Shown here piece by piece: positions 60,013 to 64,000 of a stretch of DNA of 64,000 nt (its first letter is position 1; each line of letters starts with the position of its first letter). A program made the position numbers and the translations under genes. Where the stretch lies: NCBI GenBank assembly GCA_963807455.1, contig CAWECS010000005.1, positions 63,146 through 127,145 of the forward strand, given 5' to 3'. The notes beneath the pieces are model-generated. The model searched no databases, was not told the DNA's origin, and saw only the letters and a list, made by a program, of their open reading frames with translations. Source of the stretch: an uncultured Gammaproteobacteria bacterium. Its GTDB lineage: Bacteria > Pseudomonadota > Gammaproteobacteria > JAADHQ01.

Positions 60013-62094
60013 TTACTCAAACTTCAGGCTGGCGCTAGCCTCCGTGTTAGCGAGTTCGATTTCAAGTGCTGCCAATGTGGTTACCGGTGCCTGACAGCTT
60101 GTGCCACTACAGATGTAGGCGATCATGCCTTTAGTGGTGTTTTTTCGTTCACCCAATAATCCGGGTAGATCGCTGGCGGTATCAGGAATAGCCAGGCTGA
60201 TTCTGCGAGGAGCATAGGGTTGTGCGCAACGCTGCTGCCATTGTGTTAAAGCTTCCCCTGTTCCCCGCAGGACAATAATTTGCGGCGGATAAAGGCTCTC
60301 TTCCAATGCCAGCAGCATACTGTTATGGGCGTATGGAATCTGGCGGATGGCGGGCCAGGCACTTTTTAATGCCCGCTCGGCGGCCTGGCTGTATTCCATG
60401 TTACCTGTGATATGTCCAAGGCGTAGTAGCGCATGAGCCGCAATGCCATTGCCGGAGGGAATGGCTTCATCACCATAAGGTTTTGGGCGTTCGATTAATT
60501 GCTCGTGATCATTCGAGGTAAAGAAAAATCCGCCTTGTTGCTTATCTTCAAATTGTTCCAGCACAGTGTCAGCTAAAGCCAGCGCGAACGACATATCACC
60601 ATCACGCCAGCGCGCTTGCATTAATTCCAGTATGGCATCAAGCAGAAATACATAATCATCAAGATAAGCATTCAGATGCGCGCGCCCGTCTTTATAGGTG
60701 GCCAGCAAGCGCTGGTCTTTCCACAGGGTATTTTTTATAAAGTCGAGGGATCGAAACGCAGAATCTATTAAATCCTCACGACCCAGGTGGCGTCCGGCCG
60801 CGGCCATGCCCTTGATCATCAAGGCGTTCCATGAGCATAATATTTTTTCATCACGACCCGGACGAATACGCGCCTCTCTTGCCAGGAACAGTTTTCGGCG
60901 TGCACTGTTGACCCAATTTTTTATTTGTTCAGCACTATGCTCACTTTGTTCAAGGATCGCTTCCCATTGCATGAATACATGTGGGTAGTATTGACCTTCA
61001 AAATTCGCTTTTCTGTTAATGCCATAACGTAAGGAGAAATAATGGAATTCATCGGTATCCAGTTGTGCTTTAATGTCCTCGACCCGCCATGAATAAAACT
61101 TGCCTTCAACACCTTCCGAGTCTGCATCGAGACTGGAATAGTAGCCACCCTCAGGCGATTGCATCTCGCGTTGCACCCACGATGAAGTGGTTTCAATCAC
61201 TTCAAGAAACAAGGGCTCAGCGGTGGCACTCCAGGCTTCACTATAGAGCGTTAATAGCGGGCCATTATCGTAGAGCATTTTTTCGAAGTGCGGGATCATC
61301 CAGTAATCATCAACCGAGTAGCGGCAGAAGCCGCCACCGAGTTGATCATTGATGCCACCATGGGCCATTTGTATCAGGTTATGACAGGCCATTTGCAAGG
61401 CGCGAGTATCCTCGCGGCTACCTGCCCAGTGGCGTAACAGGCGTTCTATGTTGGTAGGGTGAGGGAACTTGGGGGCATTGCCAAAACCGCCATTTTTGTT
61501 ATCCATATGATCCTCGAGCTGACGGCGCGACATGTCAAGAGGAGCAGGTGTCAGGCTCAGCTTGTCATCATTACTTTCGATTTGTAATGATTGCATGGCT
61601 TGCATCAGTGCCTGATTTTGTTGCTGTAATTGATCGAGGTGGTGTTGATAAAAATCAGCAATTCGATTCAGCAGGTCTGAGAATGCAGGTAGTTGATGGC
61701 GTTGTTCTTTGGGGAAATAGGTGCCGGCAAAAAACGGCATATGGTCATCCGGCATCAAAAAAACGGTCAGAGGCCAACCACCGGGGCGTTGAGTCATTAA
61801 TTGGTGAGCGCGCTGATATATTTTATCCAGATCAGGGCGTTCTTCTCGATCCACCTTGATGTTGACAAACAGGCGGTTCATGATTTTTGCAGTGTCTTCA
61901 TCTTCAAAGGATTCATGTGCCATCACATGACACCAGTGACAGGCCGAATAGCCTATTGACAGTAAAATAGGCCGATTTTCTTCGCGCGCTTTCGTCAGGG
62001 CCTCTTCACCCCAGGGAAACCAGTCAACAGGATTATCGGCATGTTGTTGCAGGTAAGGGCTGGTTTCGTGTATCAACCGGTTTGTGCTGCTCAT
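60013..62094 (-). CDS. Thioredoxin-domain-containing protein, YyaL / DUF255 family (N-terminal thioredoxin-like plus six-hairpin glycosidase-like domain)
   Basis: About 693 aa from the ATG at 62094 ([51 protein letters not shown]..). The ORF track extends to 62124. Confidence 0.8.
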   Translation of the reverse strand: MSSTNRLIHETSPYLQQHADNPVDWFPWGEEALTKAREENRPILLSIGYSACHWCHVMAHESFEDEDTAKIMNRLFVNIKVDREERPDLDKIYQRAHQLMTQRPGGWPLTVFLMPDDHMPFFAGTYFPKEQRHQLPAFSDLLNRIADFYQHHLDQLQQQNQALMQAMQSLQIESNDDKLSLTPAPLDMSRRQLEDHMDNKNGGFGNAPKFPHPTNIERLLRHWAGSREDTRALQMACHNLIQMAHGGINDQLGGGFCRYSVDDYWMIPHFEKMLYDNGPLLTLYSEAWSATAEPLFLEVIETTSSWVQREMQSPEGGYYSSLDADSEGVEGKFYSWRVEDIKAQLDTDEFHYFSLRYGINRKANFEGQYYPHVFMQWEAILEQSEHSAEQIKNWVNSARRKLFLAREARIRPGRDEKILCSWNALMIKGMAAAGRHLGREDLIDSAFRSLDFIKNTLWKDQRLLATYKDGRAHLNAYLDDYVFLLDAILELMQARWRDGDMSFALALADTVLEQFEDKQQGGFFFTSNDHEQLIERPKPYGDEAIPSGNGIAAHALLRLGHITGNMEYSQAAERALKSAWPAIRQIPYAHNSMLLALEESLYPPQIIVLRGTGEALTQWQQRCAQPYAPRRISLAIPDTASDLPGLLGERKNTTKGMIAYICSGTSCQAPVTTLAALEIELANTEASASLKFE

Positions 62095-62318
62095 GGGAGT
62101 GATGTAAGCCTTTGAAAAACTCAACTATACAACAAAAGACGCCATTCTTGTAGCTTGAGAGGCTTGATATAAGCTATTGAATTAAATAATGAATATATTT
62201 ACATCATGGTTATTGAAATAGTCCTTAATTTTCTATGTTTTTGGTCGATACCCGATAATAATTCACTAAGTTTGTGCCTGTGGCACAATGAGGCTGGCTA
62301 AAAATGAAAGAGGTATCT

Positions 62319-62621
62319 ATGAATGAAATTCCTAAATGGGATGTTGCCCTGGAAGCTATTGCCAAAGAAAAATACCAACAACTGGGAAGGCCAATGGATC
62401 TGGCTGATTTCAAACAATTAGGTCATGAATACAAGGTACGCTTCGATGATTTGATGCACAGCCTTTGCCAATTGGTTAAATATGAAGCCTGGAGCCAGCA
62501 AGGCTTTGATGAGCAAGGCAATGTGCTCAGCGACGACAAGCTGGAATCATTGTTTGTCTACAATCGCCTGGATGAAAAAATTGCCGAGCAATATGCAGTG
62601 AAATGGCAGCCTGTTGACTGA
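62319..62621 (+). CDS. Hypothetical protein
   Basis: About 100 aa, open from 62304. No recognisable motif. It lies upstream of and in the same orientation as lgt. Confidence 0.4.
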   Translation: MNEIPKWDVALEAIAKEKYQQLGRPMDLADFKQLGHEYKVRFDDLMHSLCQLVKYEAWSQQGFDEQGNVLSDDKLESLFVYNRLDEKIAEQYAVKWQPVD

Positions 62622-62768
62622 ATTCAAGGTTTGCAGGAACCCTCTTTATCTATCTGTTTATAATCTATAACAAGCAGGGCTGATATCTACCATCATGCTT
62701 TCATGGGGTGCTGAACCCGTGATAAGATTGAATGCATAATTATTATGATAATTGAGCGTTCAGTACCC

Positions 62769-63563
62769 ATGATTGCCTATCCTGATTTTGATCCTGTTAT
62801 TTTTTCTATTGGTCCACTGAATCTACGTTGGTATGGCCTGATGTATATCATCGGCTTTGCATTGGCCTGGTGGCTGGCAAAAAGACGCGCACAACGGGCC
62901 GATATTAACTGGAGCAATGATCAGGTTGACGACGTTATATTCTATGGTGCCCTGGGTGTTATTCTCGGTGGTCGTCTTGGCTATATCCTGTTTTACAAGT
63001 TCGAGGATTTTCTCAATCAACCAGCGATTCTGTATCGGGTTTGGGAAGGAGGGATGTCATTTCATGGAGGCTTGATTGGTGTCATTCTGGCATTGTGGCT
63101 TTTTTCACGACGTTATAAAAAATCGTTATTTGCTGTAACGGATTTTATCGCCCCGATGATACCGCTGGGACTGGGTTTTGGTCGCGTGGGTAATTTTATT
63201 AATAATGAATTATGGGGTAAACCGACAGAGTTGCCCTGGGGGGTGATACCGATCAATGGCCAACTGGCGTTGCATCCTTCGCAATTGTATGAGGCTTTTC
63301 TTGAGGGTCTGGTGCTATTCGTGATCTTGTGGGTGTATTCATCCAGGCCCAGGCCAGTGATGTCTATTTCCGGGCTGTTTTTGCTTTGCTATGGCCTGTT
63401 TCGTTTCATGGTCGAATTTGTCCGCGTACCCGATATTGATATTGGTTACCTTGCATTCGACTGGCTGACCATGGGGCAGGTCCTGTCCCTTCCCATGATT
63501 TTTATCGGAGGTATAATGATTCTCATAGCAGATAAAAAATTCACAGGGAGAGTCACATCATGA
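62769..63563 (+). CDS. lgt: Phosphatidylglycerol:prolipoprotein diacylglyceryl transferase
   Basis: Aligns with E. coli Lgt from ..[27 protein letters not shown].. ATG at 62769; the ORF track begins at 62745. Confidence 0.92.
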   Translation: MIAYPDFDPVIFSIGPLNLRWYGLMYIIGFALAWWLAKRRAQRADINWSNDQVDDVIFYGALGVILGGRLGYILFYKFEDFLNQPAILYRVWEGGMSFHGGLIGVILALWLFSRRYKKSLFAVTDFIAPMIPLGLGFGRVGNFINNELWGKPTELPWGVIPINGQLALHPSQLYEAFLEGLVLFVILWVYSSRPRPVMSISGLFLLCYGLFRFMVEFVRVPDIDIGYLAFDWLTMGQVLSLPMIFIGGIMILIADKKFTGRVTS

Positions 63564-64000
63564 AGCAGTATCTAGAACTCATGCGCCATGTCCGCGATCA
63601 CGGGGTTCGCAAGGAAGACCGTACCGGTACCGGTACACTGAGTGTATTTGGTTATCAGATGCGCTTTGATTTGTCAGCCGGTTTTCCGCTGGTCACTACC
63701 AAAAAATGCCACCTCAGATCTATCATTCATGAATTACTCTGGTTCCTGAAAGGTGAGACCAATGTTCAATATCTCAAGGATAACGGTGTTTCCATTTGGG
63801 ACGAGTGGGCTGATGAGCAGGGTAACCTGGGTCCAATCTATGGCTATCAATGGCGTTCATGGCCTGCTGCGGATGGCCATCATGTTGACCAGATCAGTCA
63901 GGTGATTGAGCAACTGAAAAATAATCCAGATTCCCGGCGTATCATTGTCAGTGCATGGAATGTCGGCGAAATTAAGAATATGGCCTTACCACCTTGCCAT
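63560..64000 (+). CDS. thyA: Thymidylate synthase (N-terminal part; continues beyond the window)
   Basis: [38 protein letters not shown].. is a canonical ThyA N-terminus. It overlaps the lgt stop, as in the E. coli lgt-thyA operon. Confidence 0.93.
   Translation, partial: MKQYLELMRHVRDHGVRKEDRTGTGTLSVFGYQMRFDLSAGFPLVTTKKCHLRSIIHELLWFLKGETNVQYLKDNGVSIWDEWADEQGNLGPIYGYQWRSWPAADGHHVDQISQVIEQLKNNPDSRRIIVSAWNVGEIKNMALPPCH

Overview
This 64 kb window comes from a gammaproteobacterial chromosome and is co-linear with E. coli and Pseudomonas core synteny. The first 19 kb (1-19156) is the ribosomal-protein super-cluster, with every gene on the + strand and intact. It begins with the 3' end of rpoC, a terminator and a near-consensus sigma70 promoter. 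The gene order is rpsL-rpsG-fusA-tuf, then rpsJ only 6 nt after tuf with no leader, through rpsQ (S10 block). The spc block (rplN to secY, rpmJ) and alpha block (rpsM-rpsK-rpsD-rpoA-rplQ) follow, ending in a terminator. After that comes a mixed housekeeping and accessory stretch. It contains a DUF62 SAM-hydrolase family gene, crp, an OsmC/glyoxalase (VOC)/speD group, and a coq7 / [2Fe-2S] ferredoxin divergent pair with repeated 9-mers. Next are a 12-copy heptamer microsatellite, an ECF sigma/anti-sigma pair with matching divergent promoters, and a secreted DsrE-like protein. Between 26 kb and 33 kb is a run of envelope genes broken by frameshifts or stops. These are an OprO/P-like porin, a PEGA-SHOCT lipoprotein, a four-helix-bundle gene, and two tandem Neisseria-type porin paralogs flanked by three REP-like repeats. 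Intact rplM-rpsI and tRNA-Gln lie inside this run. Further on are yqaA and a 1280-aa YdiJ-like FAD/Fe-S oxidase. A J-domain/zinc-ribbon/PilZ protein sits divergent from a frameshifted HAMP-GGDEF cyclase. Then come rpiA, ilvA, and a Lys/Ala-rich histone H1-like gene followed by a 1.2 kb AT-rich region with no ORFs of 60 aa or more. The conserved fau-ssrS(6S RNA)-zapA block and ygfB-pepP-ubiH-(membrane protein)-ubiI follow. After a Na+/H+ antiporter there is a tandem glycine riboswitch in front of gcvT-gcvH-gcvPA-tpx-gcvPB. The window ends with dgkA, a PfkB kinase, a YyaL-like thioredoxin-domain protein, lgt and the start of thyA. No prophage, integrase, transposase or CRISPR was seen. The most unusual items are the clustered decay of envelope genes, the J-domain-PilZ fusion, the (TAGTCCC)12 repeat, the ECF promoter pair and the 1.2 kb AT-rich gap.
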